A DNA stretch of 57,725 nucleotides, counting the filler, from Platydemus manokwari (taxonomy: Eukaryota), in NCBI GenBank assembly GCA_037951405.1. It is 5 parts of 5 records of this genome, joined end to end, with 100 filler letters (N's around TTAATTAATTAA, not from the genome) between each part and the next. Parts side by side here need not be neighbours in the genome. Positions count along the whole stretch, not along the records: positions 31,941 to 46,360 come from JBBMOY011463641.1; positions 46,461 to 57,725 come from JBBMOY010807758.1; 3 more parts are not named here. One strand, given 5' to 3'. Shown one piece after another: positions 37,065 through 49,400 of this stretch (its first letter is position 1; each line of letters opens with the position of its first letter). The translations under genes and the position numbers were made by a program. The notes below the pieces were generated by a model. That model was not told where the DNA came from. It did no database searches and saw only the letters and a list, made by a program, of their open reading frames with translations.

Positions 37065-37500
37065 CGTTCGCAGTTATTTATATAATTTCTAGCTTATAAT
37101 TAGTAGTTGAACCTTACACAAAAAGTACAATTTTGAAGTGTTACACCTGTACGAGTCAACACAACCATGCAGAAATAGCATCCAGCTATCAGAAATGTCA
37201 CCAATTGAAGATTTTTATTCCAAAATGTACATAACTACGTAAGAACATAAATATAGGAATTGACCAATCGTTATCATAGAAAATCGATAAACTCAATTAG
37301 ATTTAGAAAAGAAACTTTCAATTTAAATTATAACAAAAAAATAAACAGAAGATTCAAATATAAATAACGATGGAAATATAGCCTATTACCAGAAATTGTT
37401 GTATTGACATTTATTGATTGTAAATGAGTGTACCAAGTTTTGCAGGAATTACAAGTTTCAACCTTTATTGCATGCCTAACCCAACAATTAGCCTACAAAG
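37065..37500 (+). pseudogene. Possible Ly6/uPAR (three-finger) pseudogene
   Basis: A hydrophobic leader with a stop, FAVIYIISSL*LVV, is followed in frame by LKCYTCTS (from 37133). Then a frameshifted QPCRN...SPIEDFYSK, a gtaag donor (~37239), and ITRNCC (~37385). No terminal CN motif was recovered. Confidence 0.4.
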
Positions 37501-37758
37501 TAAATACAAGAGACAATAAATCCAAACAAATCCAGTGGTCGATAATAAAAATTTGATAATCTTTCTGAGATACATGTTATTAATATTCCTATTAGCGATT
37601 TTGTATCACATTAAAACAAAATAATTATTGAACCAAATCTTGATCCAATATTTGGATAAATCGAAATAAGTTAGAATATCGATTTTATCCAAATTGTAAA
37701 AATAAACAACAAATTTTAATTTTTCTAATTTATTTAACTAAACTTAAATCTAATCTGT

Positions 37759-40579
37759 CTAATTTCGCTTAAAAATACTGGAATCGCTCTAAATGTTAAA
37801 GATTACAGATGATAAAGTAAATAAATAAAACTGAACTCACCACTTCACATTTACTTGTACTCAATCTTTTAAGACGTTCATTCTCCTCTTTCAGTTGTTT
37901 GATCATTTCTTCCATTTTTTCCAATTGGACTCGCTTAGTTCGATATCTCGCCTTAAGATCATTGTAATGATTGAGTAACGTTTCGAAATTTGCCACTGTT
38001 TCTTTATGTTTTTCGATTTGTTTTAGTTTATCATTGAAATCCGATTTTATTTTATCGATTTCACACGATAACAGCTGATTTTCATCATTTAATTTGATCA
38101 ACTCATTTTCTTTCACCTTGAGTTCTGATTGGATGATTGTTAATTGATTTTGAGCGATATTCAAATCTCTTTCAATTGCTTTGTTAGTCTCCTGTGTTAT
38201 GACTATTTCATCTTCTTTTGCTTTCAATTGATTTTGACAGTCAAAAAGTTTGTTTTGAAAAGATTCAATTGTGAAAGTGGCGTGTGTGAGTTCCAATTCC
38301 GATTCAGACAAACTTTTTTTAAGCAATTCCAATTCATTTCGATCATTATTAGACTTCTTTTCCATCTGTTTCATTTGTTGTTTGATGGATGTCAATTGGC
38401 GATTGGTTTGTTCTTGCTTTTGTAATATTTCTTTGATTGTCATTTCTCTGTCACAGAGCTCGGTCTTCTGTAAATCTATCTCCTTTTCAAACATACTTTT
38501 TTCTTCTTGTAATTGTATATTTGTGTTATCGATACTGACATTTAAAATGTGATTCTGATCTTTAACGACTTCTAATTCATCACGAACCTTTTGCAATTCA
38601 TCATTAAGTTTAATCAACTCGGAATCTTTTTCCTCTAATTCTATTTCTGTGCCAATACTCATATCTCTATTATCAACCCTTGAAGTTTCAACTTTTAATT
38701 CCTTTAAATTACTCTTGAGAATCAAAATTTCATTTTCTTTTTCTATTAATAATTGCTGGTATTTATCCAGATCGTTTTGTAAAGATTCTCCTTTCGCAAT
38801 GGTAAACATCAATTCATTTTTTAACTGCATTTCAACTTCCACCGTGCGATTCTTCATCAATTCAAATTTCGTTTTGCTTTCTTCAAACATTAAAGCATTC
38901 TGTTTCATTATCATGATTTCGCTATTATTCGATTCTATTTGATGAGTCATCGTTGCCAATGACTCCTCTTTTTCTTTTAACTGTGATTGGAGATCATTAT
39001 TTAAATTAATTAGATTTTCTAATTCAATTGATAGAGATAATTTTTCATTCACTAAATCACTTATTGATTTTTTATGTTCGTCAATTTGTTGTTCAGCCAA
39101 TTCCAATTTATTGTTCAAATTATGCACATCATCATTCATTTGAAGTTGCAAATTTTCTAAATTACCACTGACCAATTCTAACATATTCTGTGATTTGGTT
39201 AATTGAATTTCCATATCATGTTTGGTCATTTCCAGTTCTTCAATCATATATTGGTGAGTTGATAATTTATTTTCGAGAATCTCATTTTCTTTTTTGAGTT
39301 TATCCTCATTGGATTTCAATTCAGAAATTTTCGCTTGATAATCAGCTGCCAATGTCTCGATTTCTTGTTTTTGCTTTTCCAATACGAAATTGGTCTCATC
39401 TTGATTCTTATATAATTTTTCATTGGTTTTCTCAAAATTGACTTTGGCATCATCAAATTCTTTGACGACTCTTAGATAATTTTCAACTGCAGTTTCTAGT
39501 TGTTTTAATATACTGCTTTTTTCCGATTTTAGCATCGACAACGATTCGTTGGGTGAATTTTCACAATCAGCTGTATGCGCAAGATTTTCCAATTGATTTT
39601 TCAAAATTTCAATTTGATTTTCCTTATCTTTTATTTCTTCAACATATTCGGCCTGCTTTGTGGTGAAGTCCATTTGTAAATCACTTAATTTTCTCTCATG
39701 ATCAATAACGTCTTCCATATATTTATCTATCGTTTCCTTATTTTCTACCAACTTAATATTTGATAATTTTAAGTTTTCTTGTGCTGTTTTCAGTTCCTGA
39801 GAAATGAAATCAAATTTCTCTTTAATGTCATTTAATTGTTGTAAATCTTTATTTTCTTTTGTTAACATCTCATTTTCAGATAAACAACATTCAAGTTGTG
39901 ATTTAAGAGATTCGACGATTTCAGTGGAGGAATTCAATGAATTTTTTAAATCGTTATTTGCCGATCTTATAGAATTCAATTCTTTTTCTAATAAATCAAA
40001 TTTAGCACTAATCATTGAATTATTGTTCTTATATTCATTAAGTTCTCTGATCATAATCTTATATTGTTCCAATTCTGAATTCAGATTCACCATATTCTCA
40101 TTGGCATTATTCAATTCTGATAAAATTCGATTTTTATCAGACAGTGCCACTTCCAATTGTTCCTTCAATTCGACAATGGAATTCTCAACTTCAAATTCAT
40201 GTTCCAATTTTTCGAAAATACAAGTCGAATTCAAATCCAATTTTCTCATTTGAAGATTGCGCACTTTCGATGATAAAACTCTATCAAATTCATCAATTGT
40301 TTTAGTCAATTGACTGACAACCGATTCATTTGTTCTATCAATACAATTCAAAATCGCTTTTCTGAAAATGCCAAACGATTTTTCCACTAATAATTCCATC
40401 TTATCGATTTCATCCCATTCAAGTTTTTCTAATTCGTCTGCTACATTTATCAAATCATCATCCATGGAATTTAATAAGTGAAACGAATCTAGATTAATAA
40501 ACGATCTATTAGAATCACAACTCTTTCTATTACCAGAGAATAATTTTGGCAGTTTCGATTTTGGTATTTTAGACTTACT
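37759..40579 (-). CDS. Long coiled-coil protein (at least 922 aa; exons 40579-37841 and 37788-37759; 5' exon(s) not resolved)
   Basis: 889-aa E/K/L/Q/N-rich heptad ORF. The frame stays open 38 codons upstream to a ttttttgtag acceptor (40580). Donor GTG|gtgagt at 37840, a 52-nt intron, then a last exon SDSSIFKRN*. Confidence 0.85.
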
Positions 40580-40649
40580 CTACAAAAAATATCGAGATTC
40601 AAAAATATGAAATAATTTTTGTGTTCATTTAGAACAATGCGGAATAATT

Positions 40650-40884
40650 GAGCCCTTGATTATGAAAGTGGTATAAGTCATTTCAACCTTTCAAAAACCA
40701 AATTTCCATTTAAAAATGGTAATAAATTTCACAATCATATTAAATGTTGATTTACCTGCGCTAATAAATTGTCAAAATATTTCATTCCATAATACAAATA
40801 TTTTTTAATTATTTAACATGAAAATCCCTTAATATCTCCAAACAAGAAATATATGACTTATACCACTTTCATAATCAAGGGCAC
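40650..40884. mobile_element. MITE, 235 bp, ~32-bp TIRs, AATT target-site duplication
   Basis: Left end GAGCCCTTGATTATGAAAGTGGTATAAGTCAT. Right end reverse complement GTGCCCTTGATTATGAAAGTGGTATAAGTCAT (1 mismatch). AATT flanks both sides (40646-40649 and 40885-40888). A 4-bp AWWT TSD is compatible with Sola-type elements (inference). Confidence 0.85.
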
Positions 40885-42825
40885 AATTCCACTGTGGCAG
40901 AGAGAAACTCTGCGATTAAATACATAACTTTTTTATTTTATTTAATGCATGGCCACTTATTTGATGTATGGCTATTAAATTTATTCTAGCTGTATAAGGG
41001 CGCGATAATACATAACGGGTTATTTGTGATTTTTATTTTATGGGTATTATTTATTTTAATGGAAATTTTAAGGGGTTTTTAAATTGTAATATTTTAATGG
41101 ATAATTTAAACGGGTAATACAATTTTATTTTTGGCCTAATTTATATTGTATTTGATTTATGCCAACTGCAGATCTTCTGGAATTTTTACAACAGAAATAT
41201 TCAATATTATTTCATGCAGAATACTTTTATATATCGATACAATCATTTTTGGATCGTTATCTTTTTACAGAGTTATTTATAGACCCAAACCCCAATAAAT
41301 ATGTGGACCTTTCGAAGACAGGCTTACTAAGTAACCATTATCAATAAAAAACAATGGAGTTCAATAAATTTATTTAATCCTCACATAAGGTTCTATTTTT
41401 TTGATCCAGGCTACATCCAACCTAAACCTAACAAAAGTATATATTTTTTAAGAATTTCGTAAAAAAATTTATGACACAACAAAATTTAAATTATTTTTTA
41501 AAATTATCTTATGACTTCACAACTTAGCCTTAAGAAAAAAATCGCAGTCAATATAACTATTTTCTCTGAAATTTATAAGATGATATCAATTGAATTCGAT
41601 AGCGTCACACTATTTGCGATAAATTTATCAAGAAATAAATAGCAAGTGATTGGACAATTTATAAGAGAATTATAAAGTTTATAAAATTAAAAGAAAATAG
41701 CTATAAAAACCCCAAATATTTTAACAGAAAATTGTAGAATCAAAAATAGAAAAAAGAATTACAAAATCGTTAAATAGAAATGAAATTCCTAAAAATTCAA
41801 ATTTAAAACGAAAATAAATTCCACCTATGTATGTGGCTGTAAAATCAATATATAAACTTAATTCACATGAGTAGAGATTCCGCTGTCCATCGAATCGTTT
41901 ATGATTAAGGGAAAGGAAAGATGGTGAATTTTAGCAGATTATATTAACATATTGCCTATCCTTGCTTATATATCGTTGTAATATATTGTCTGAAGATTGT
42001 GATACTATTATTCTTTTAATTGCTTTAACAATTTTTCAATTGGTGATTATTTAAAGCTGTTTAAATAAGGATTGTAAAGATTTGGCTATTAAACCATTAG
42101 CAATTCCAACAAATCGTCCATCGATAGATCATTGAGGAATTGGAATACCTCCGTTATAGTTTATCTCATTATTATCAATATTATTTTATTCAAAAACACC
42201 AATATTTTCCGAAATTTTTAAGTACTTCTTTGATACAGATTACCATTAATTTCAATGAAAGTGACTAATAAATGGCTTAGTCAGTATATTCTCACATTGT
42301 TAACAAATTTAAATTTTCGGACATTTCAAAATGTCTGATAATATCTACGAATCTCTTCCAATTCAATAGACAATAATTGATTTTTCTTTAAAGAAAACAT
42401 TTGCGATAGTTTTCAAAAAACATAAAATTGCTTTCAATATAGTTTCAAAATATTTTGTCTAAATAAAACAAATATTAAATAAGACACTAATGACAACTGA
42501 ATCTATGAACCATCATTGTACCAATATTTATCTTATAGTAGAATGATTCAAATAATCAATCGGATTTTTGTGTTTCACAGCTTCAATGTTAAAAACTATA
42601 CGTGGCACATACCTAATACTCACACCAAACATTCTTTTTTAGTATAGAATTGATTGTACTTGTATTCACAACAAATATATATCTATCTGCAATTATGTGA
42701 TGAACTGATGCAAATAATGATGACAGCACAACATATGCTTTGTGAAACTATTCTTAATGCTATTTTGATTGTTGTTAGTTTCTATTGGCCTACGTTCTTA
42801 TCGATTCTAAGCCCTACAGAAAATA

Positions 42826-44328
42826 ATGTCCGATGAAAAAGAGAGCTTACTGAGAAAAGCTTTCAGAAAAAGACCAAGAAAAAGTTACACGTCCATAAAT
42901 GAAGAAGAAAAAGTCTTCAATACAGATTTGGTGGATTGGCAAAAGAAACTGCGATTGATTTTATTTGTTATTTCTGCTTGCTCATTGTCAATTACGGTTG
43001 CTGCCAAAATCAGATTCACCCCCGTTACATCACATGCACTCTCTGTGCATTTCAACAATCGTTTTCCTCAAGTCCAGATGGAATGGATAGGAAGACTATA
43101 TGCAATTATTGTCTTGTGTATGCTTCCTGTTGTCACGGGAATCATAGATTATTACAGAATAGGCTATCGATTTGCTCTCTGCATATCAGGTCTCATGCAT
43201 ATGATAGCCTGCATCACCAATTCAACAGTTATCCATCCATTATTTTTTGTTTTAACGGATTCATTTATCTGTGGATTTGGATCGGCAATTTCATTTGCAG
43301 TGTTTCTATTGGCAGTAGACGACATTTTTCCAAAGGGTAACAAATTCAGAGTGACTGCCACAACTCTGTGCCAAGGATCGACAATTGGATCATTATTCAT
43401 ATTGGATTTATTTGCGTGGTTTGCAAAGCATTTGGGTTGGATGATGCTTCAGTTATGCTTGGCTGGAGTATTTAGCTTGGAAGCTGCTATGTTAATATTA
43501 ACCTGTCCAGAACATGGAATAAAAATCCGTGTAAAACAAAGAGGAGGCAACAAGGAAATGAATGACAAGATATTGCCACCAGATAACGCATTGTCAAAAG
43601 AACCACCACAACCTAATAAATTGTTAGGCTTGACATTTGTAGAAATGAATAAAAGTCCGTCGATGTTTCCTTGGTTAGTTTACAGATTTTCCATGACAAT
43701 CATTCACCAAGGAATTTTCACTTTGGTTTTAATGGACAGCCATTTGGTTGAAATTCCAGATATTGATATTCTTCTACACAGATATTACGGGACTACTTTG
43801 GCTGCTTTACTTTATGCATCCGGAGAATCATTGGTGTATATTTCAGGAGCTATTTTCGGACATTTTCTTTTAGGATATCTTTTACATATTAGCATTGGAT
43901 TTCTGTGTCTTTTATTTTTGGTTTCAGTCACTTGGCAACCTGTGAGACTACAAATGGCTCACTCGATGATGATTGGCAATGCCGTATGTGCTTGTCTAAC
44001 AGGTGTCTGTATCGGAGCTCTGGGAACCTGTATGATCGCTGCATCAGAAGAAGCGACTATGATTCGAGGCAGACGAATTTTTCCCTTTGTCAAATTAATT
44101 GAAGGGCTAGCTTTGACTTTCTGCCCATTCCTATTTCAGATTTTAAATAGGGTGGCAGATCAAAATATATGGCTCTTAACTTTCGCAGTAGTGACAGCTG
44201 CAAATGCGTGTTTATTAGTATATATACTACATAAATTATATACCAAATATTTAGAAAATACAACCGATCGAAAAACAATATTAATGAGACCAGTCGGATT
44301 TATATCAAGAAGTCTTAATTCATCATAA
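42826..44328 (+). CDS. Major facilitator superfamily transporter, SLC16/monocarboxylate-transporter-like, 500 aa, intronless
   Basis: About 12 hydrophobic segments in two halves around a hydrophilic loop. GIIDYYRIGYR resembles MFS motif A, and ICGFGSAISF and FPKGNKFRVTATTLCQGSTIG resemble MCT TM4-TM5 signatures. AATAAA follows the stop. Confidence 0.75.
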   Translation: MSDEKESLLRKAFRKRPRKSYTSINEEEKVFNTDLVDWQKKLRLILFVISACSLSITVAAKIRFTPVTSHALSVHFNNRFPQVQMEWIGRLYAIIVLCMLPVVTGIIDYYRIGYRFALCISGLMHMIACITNSTVIHPLFFVLTDSFICGFGSAISFAVFLLAVDDIFPKGNKFRVTATTLCQGSTIGSLFILDLFAWFAKHLGWMMLQLCLAGVFSLEAAMLILTCPEHGIKIRVKQRGGNKEMNDKILPPDNALSKEPPQPNKLLGLTFVEMNKSPSMFPWLVYRFSMTIIHQGIFTLVLMDSHLVEIPDIDILLHRYYGTTLAALLYASGESLVYISGAIFGHFLLGYLLHISIGFLCLLFLVSVTWQPVRLQMAHSMMIGNAVCACLTGVCIGALGTCMIAASEEATMIRGRRIFPFVKLIEGLALTFCPFLFQILNRVADQNIWLLTFAVVTAANACLLVYILHKLYTKYLENTTDRKTILMRPVGFISRSLNSS

Positions 44329-45319
44329 TAAATGTTCTTTATAATTTAAAATTATGATTTATGAAAAATATATTACCGATTAAAATTTTTTAAATGATAT
44401 AAAAATAATTATTATGATTGTAATAAATGTAAAAAGAATAGCATGTCATGTATCTACTTAATATGATTTCATTGACAATTCACCGGAAATAAATCGTTTC
44501 AAATTTATATTCGGATATTGATAAAGAATATAATAGTTATTATATAAGAATATTGAGTTTCAATTCACCCTTACATGAAAACACTTAATGAAAAGAAGAT
44601 TTTCTTTATCAATCTTTGTAAACACAATTTTCGAAGCTAACGGATTGTAGTTCTAAATTCAAAGTTATGTGTGAACTTCGATGAAAAATTTTGAAATATT
44701 TTTGGCTATTCAATTTTATTACACTATATTCAGAAAACGAAATCTTCTTGCGAATTAATTAATATTTTCGATGTTTATAAATCAAATCTAATAATAAACA
44801 TTTTAAAAATTAAAATCGTTCTTTTAATAAGGAATTTTAACATTTAATCTTAAATACTTAACCGTAAAAAAGCAAGATTACTTTAAAAATTACGAATGTT
44901 ATTTAGGACGAACATGCCGTAACATTAGCCGCCATAGGTGCCACAATAGAAAAATAGGTTATTGAAACAATTGGTATATATAAATTACATCCTTTTTATA
45001 CTTTTCCTCTTAGTAGCGTAGTAATTAGCAACCATTAAACCACTCACCCATTCAAAGGCCATCTGATATAAATTCTGTGAATTAAAATTTTATCTTTATG
45101 ATGAAAATTAAAAAATAAAAGATATTATTCCAAAAATATTCTTATTCATAAACACATCGAGTGTCTGCTCTATAATTACGTAATATTCAGTACCCAAAAT
45201 ATGTCGATGATTTAAAATTAGTTTCTCAAAATCTTCTCTTGTTTTATGGACTTCACTTCAACAACATATTGAAACCAAATCAAAAATAGAAACTTGGACA
45301 AAATAATTCAGAATGATTC

Positions 45320-45830
45320 ACAGATAACTGAAATTTCTTTTGGTTAGTCAAGTCATATGACCATTAACGAAATATGGACCCATTCTTTGTAATGAATCAA
45401 GTTTGTAACAAAAAAAAATCTTTAAACATGAAACTCATTGCTTGGAATATGATATTTAAGAAAACAAAATACATGTGATAGTGAATGGATATTGGTAAGT
45501 GAATATTAATAAATACATATGACTATGTGCAATACACTTCTGCATCGAATCCCAAAACTTGTTCTACACCATGATAATAAAATATTGTTATTCATATACA
45601 TTTGCTCGTATTGGCATATTAAAGTTAGCAAGACCAACTTGTTGATAGATGCACAAATATTCTAGCAATTTTGTACAGATCTAAATCTCTGATTTCCTCC
45701 CCCCAGAAAAAGAAACTCCCAGTGTGCAAGTATATTTGACATGGACTAAATTCCGTTCAAGCACATACCAATCAATGTTGTGTTCAAACATTTTGTGAAA
45801 GTGATCAATTGACATGATGAATAGATTCAT
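45320..45830 (-). pseudogene. Decayed multi-domain Kunitz/BPTI protease-inhibitor gene
   Basis: Domain 1 (45790-45653) reads CLNTTLIGMCLNGI*SMSNILAHWEFLFLGGGNQRFRSVQNC*NIC, with Kunitz C-x8-C and F-x5-C-x3-C spacing. Further remnants: YANTSKCI*ITIFYYHG / NKFWDSMQKC, YPFTITCILF, R*WSYDLT. ATG at 45830. Confidence 0.55.
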
Positions 45831-46360
45831 TGTTATAATTGAATTTTATCTGATTCAACTTTATGAATCAAATGAATAGTTGACTAGATTCACTGTCGTG
45901 ATGTTGGGTAATAATAAAATATATTTGTTTATATAATGAAAATGTTAATGTAAATATTAACACTGAACTCAACTGCTCACTTGATCTGCATCCTTTTCTA
46001 TTCTATGTTCAATAATGAAAAATCTGCTTTCTGATTAAAAGATGTGTTGGAACACATTATTCTTATTTTGTTGCAAATCTAAAAAGTGTAGTGAAATTCA
46101 GTGAACCCAATAAATTCAGTTCCAATTTTGAGATCAATGAATAATACAATTTCATTTTGACAATTGATTATTAGACAACCAATGTAAATGTTATTTCATT
46201 GCAAATTATCTTTAATTGTGAATATTCTGTCATATATGTATGATAGCAACTTTTATGATAATTTATTTTATGATAAACAGCAAAAATGTTTAAATGTAAA
46301 AGAGAAATAATAAAAGTATCGGTAAATAATAATAAAAAAATAATAATAATAATAACAATA

Positions 46361-46460
46361 NNNNNNNNNNNNNNNNNNNNNNNNNNNNNNNNNNNNNNNN
46401 NNNNTTAATTAATTAANNNNNNNNNNNNNNNNNNNNNNNNNNNNNNNNNNNNNNNNNNNN
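46361..46460. other. Artificial scaffold join (N44-TTAATTAATTAA-N44)
   Basis: Linker at 46405-46416, preceded by an AAT microsatellite. Confidence 0.95.
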
Positions 46461-49400
46461 AATGAAGATTTGATCCAAATCAAATAAATCGTATAGGTGA
46501 AAATGCCACAAATATATAAGTTTCGCATTTCAAATAGAGACTTGGTTCAACAATTTAGTCTTGTCCCTTTTCGACATTCTGAATAAAGTATTTTTGGTGC
46601 ACGGGGCTCACACTAAAAAATTATATTTAAAAATATATTATATTTACAAATCCATTAGTAAACTAACAATCAATAAATATTGAAAATTTTTATTGAAATA
46701 AAACCAACAATTAAAAATTACTTATTGAGATACAACAAAATTTGTAGATTCCATTCCAATTAAGAAATATGTTGGCATAGAAATATCATTGAAGGTCTAA
46801 ATATAATCGTAGAAATTGCCGAATAATGTTTTGAAAGTGCCAAATATAGTAGCGGATATCGAATACATGGTTTTTGATTGTTAGAGTTGATTTTTGGTTT
46901 TAAATCTAAAATTGAATTTGATGTAAAAATTTCATTAAATACGATTACAAATAAATTTTAATATCAAATAACTCACGAAAAGTCATTAGTTTTAAATTGG
47001 GTCAAAGGACCCTTTCTCTTAACTTAAGCCGATAAAAAAATAGTAGAAAAGTTTTAATACTGATTAATTCAAAAGTTGTTCGAATACTTAAACAAATACA
47101 CACACACACATATTTATAATAGATTAGAAATACTCTTTTAATATATTGTGGAATCTTGAAATATCTACCGCTAATAGTTCGCACAGGTTGTCGTATTTTG
47201 GTCCCTCGTACACTTAGTCAGTGCTTACTTAAATATGAACACATCAGCAAATGGTAAAATCAAATCAAGATAATTCAAAGCTTGCATTATTGGCAAATTT
47301 TAGTGAGGGATAATAATATAATTAAATATAATTATATAATAAAGTAATTTATTAACGAAATCCTTATTAAATACATGAAATAAAAATAAATTATTTTCAA
47401 TAAGGAATTACATCAGAGTCGGTCAAGCTTTAGAAATAGGCTAAATTTCATAATTAACGTCTCTGGAAGAAGAAATATTAGATACATCAATTGATGATCA
47501 AAGAAAATTTGATAACTTCAAATATTCTTTTAAAAATAACTCAATCATCTTGAAACCTTTATCTCATTTTGGGAAGAAAAACTTTATGCCGGATATATAT
47601 TTAAATCAAGAAAAACAGTGTCTAATTTTGATAGTCAAACTTTGTGCTTGTATCGTTGAGGAGTATCGACATTGTGAATGAAGAATCCCCACTAAAATGT
47701 CATTCAGTTTTATTTGTACTCATAATAAAAATAATCTTTTGAGATCGAATTCCTTCTTTCTATTACTGTCTCGCGGATTGTATGTAACATTAACCACATT
47801 AACCACCATATTCACTAAGTAACCCAACGTAATACGCTGAATAATCTTTCTATGAAATAATTAAATAATACTTTCTAATAATAGTAATTTTTGTACAATA
47901 AAATGTGAACAATATACAATGAATTATTCTGTTATTATTTTCAATTAAATGTTTGAAGCTCTTTTTCGTTCACAACGAGAAATAAGCTTGGATGAATACG
48001 AATAATATTCCACAGAGAAAATTTATTCACTCGAATAGGTTGTAAAAATCCTCTCGAATATCAATGATGAGCTTGCATTGAATTATTTGTAAAGGAATAT
48101 TTCGTTTGTTCAAATGAGGAAGGATTTTTTACAATGCTGAGAGAAGAGTTTAAAAATTCATGTATTTCTGAATGATATCTAGATTAGCATTAGTGACACA
48201 GTCAATATTCACATTCAATGAGCTAACTGACCACCAATTTTCGTTGCATAAAAATGTTTAGTCGTTTTTTCTTCACCATATTCCTTTGATTTCAAAAAAA
48301 TTTTAAACATAGCCGTCTTTTCTGTGATAAAATCTTTCTCTCATTAGCTGTAATTCTCTTTAAATAATATTTAATGAGCTTCATTCCATTAGTCATACTC
48401 CAATGAGCAAAAAGCACTTTTTTCACTGTTCGATTAAAACAAAAGTTCTATAATAAAAAACTTAATTTTTTTTATAAAATGAATGCATAAAGATTATCAA
48501 CGAGCTTTTAATCTTGTTTTATTAAATTTGAAAAAGAAAAATCTCATGAATTACCACAGAAACAAGTCCCAAGAAAAGAAGTTTGCAATGATATCGTAGT
48601 CGAAATTCATAATTTTCTGAAAGCAGTTCCCTAATTAAATAAATTGTTGAGTGAAGCTGAAATCACACAAAAGAAAATTTAATTTTAAAATTAATCGGTT
48701 TCGTTTTTCATGCTTATATCGATTTAATATCAAATTAGTCAAATAAAATTCAATAAAATTCATTTGATAGCATTTTACTAACCTTCTTAATGATATATTT
48801 TCATAATTACTAAAAGTAAAAAGTTGATAAAAATTTTGTCAGTCAATTACTATGTTTTACCATGGCTGCTTGTCGAGTTTCTTCAAGCTGATTCGTTGGA
48901 AGTAAATTCATTTTTTTATCCCTTCATAATTCCTAGAAGAAGGAAATCAATTTTGAAAATTTTAGTATAAATTAAGACTTTGTTTTTAATCAGCCTGGCG
49001 GTTGAGACAATATTTTGTGGTTGGATTCACCATTTAATTTATCCGGGAAATTACACATAGAATTTTTATATATAACCAGATTATAAAAGACAAAATAACT
49101 TCAGCTCTTTTATGAAATAAGAATTACGAAACAATTTTTCATTAAAAATCTATTTTTAGATTATAAATTCGAGATTATTTTCGTTGTAGGGGTTTCGGGA
49201 ATAGGAAACGATTTGAAAAACTTATGGAACAGCAATCACTAAAACAAAAATATCCCAATATATTTTATTTTATTTTTGAAGATTTTATTATCGGCTTCCA
49301 TTGCCGAATAAATACTGGAGAGAATTGTACTAAATTAAAGTCTGATCGAAGACCGCAACCTAATGAAATTATTCCCACTCTTGGGGTACATTGGCAATTT

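Noticed and set aside
38144-40253. Plus-strand F/S/I-rich ORFs
   Set aside because: These are antisense shadows of the E/K/N-rich coiled-coil exon.
41155-41350. Minus-strand KDNDPK...SILHE(N)NIEYF as a DDE transposase/integrase remnant
   Set aside because: It is a single short motif and needs a frameshift. I cannot distinguish it from chance.
9670-45830. Stop-codon reassignment or RNA editing to explain the in-frame stops in relic genes
   Set aside because: The relics also have frameshifts and deletions, and intact genes terminate normally at TAA, TAG and TGA. Simple decay is sufficient.
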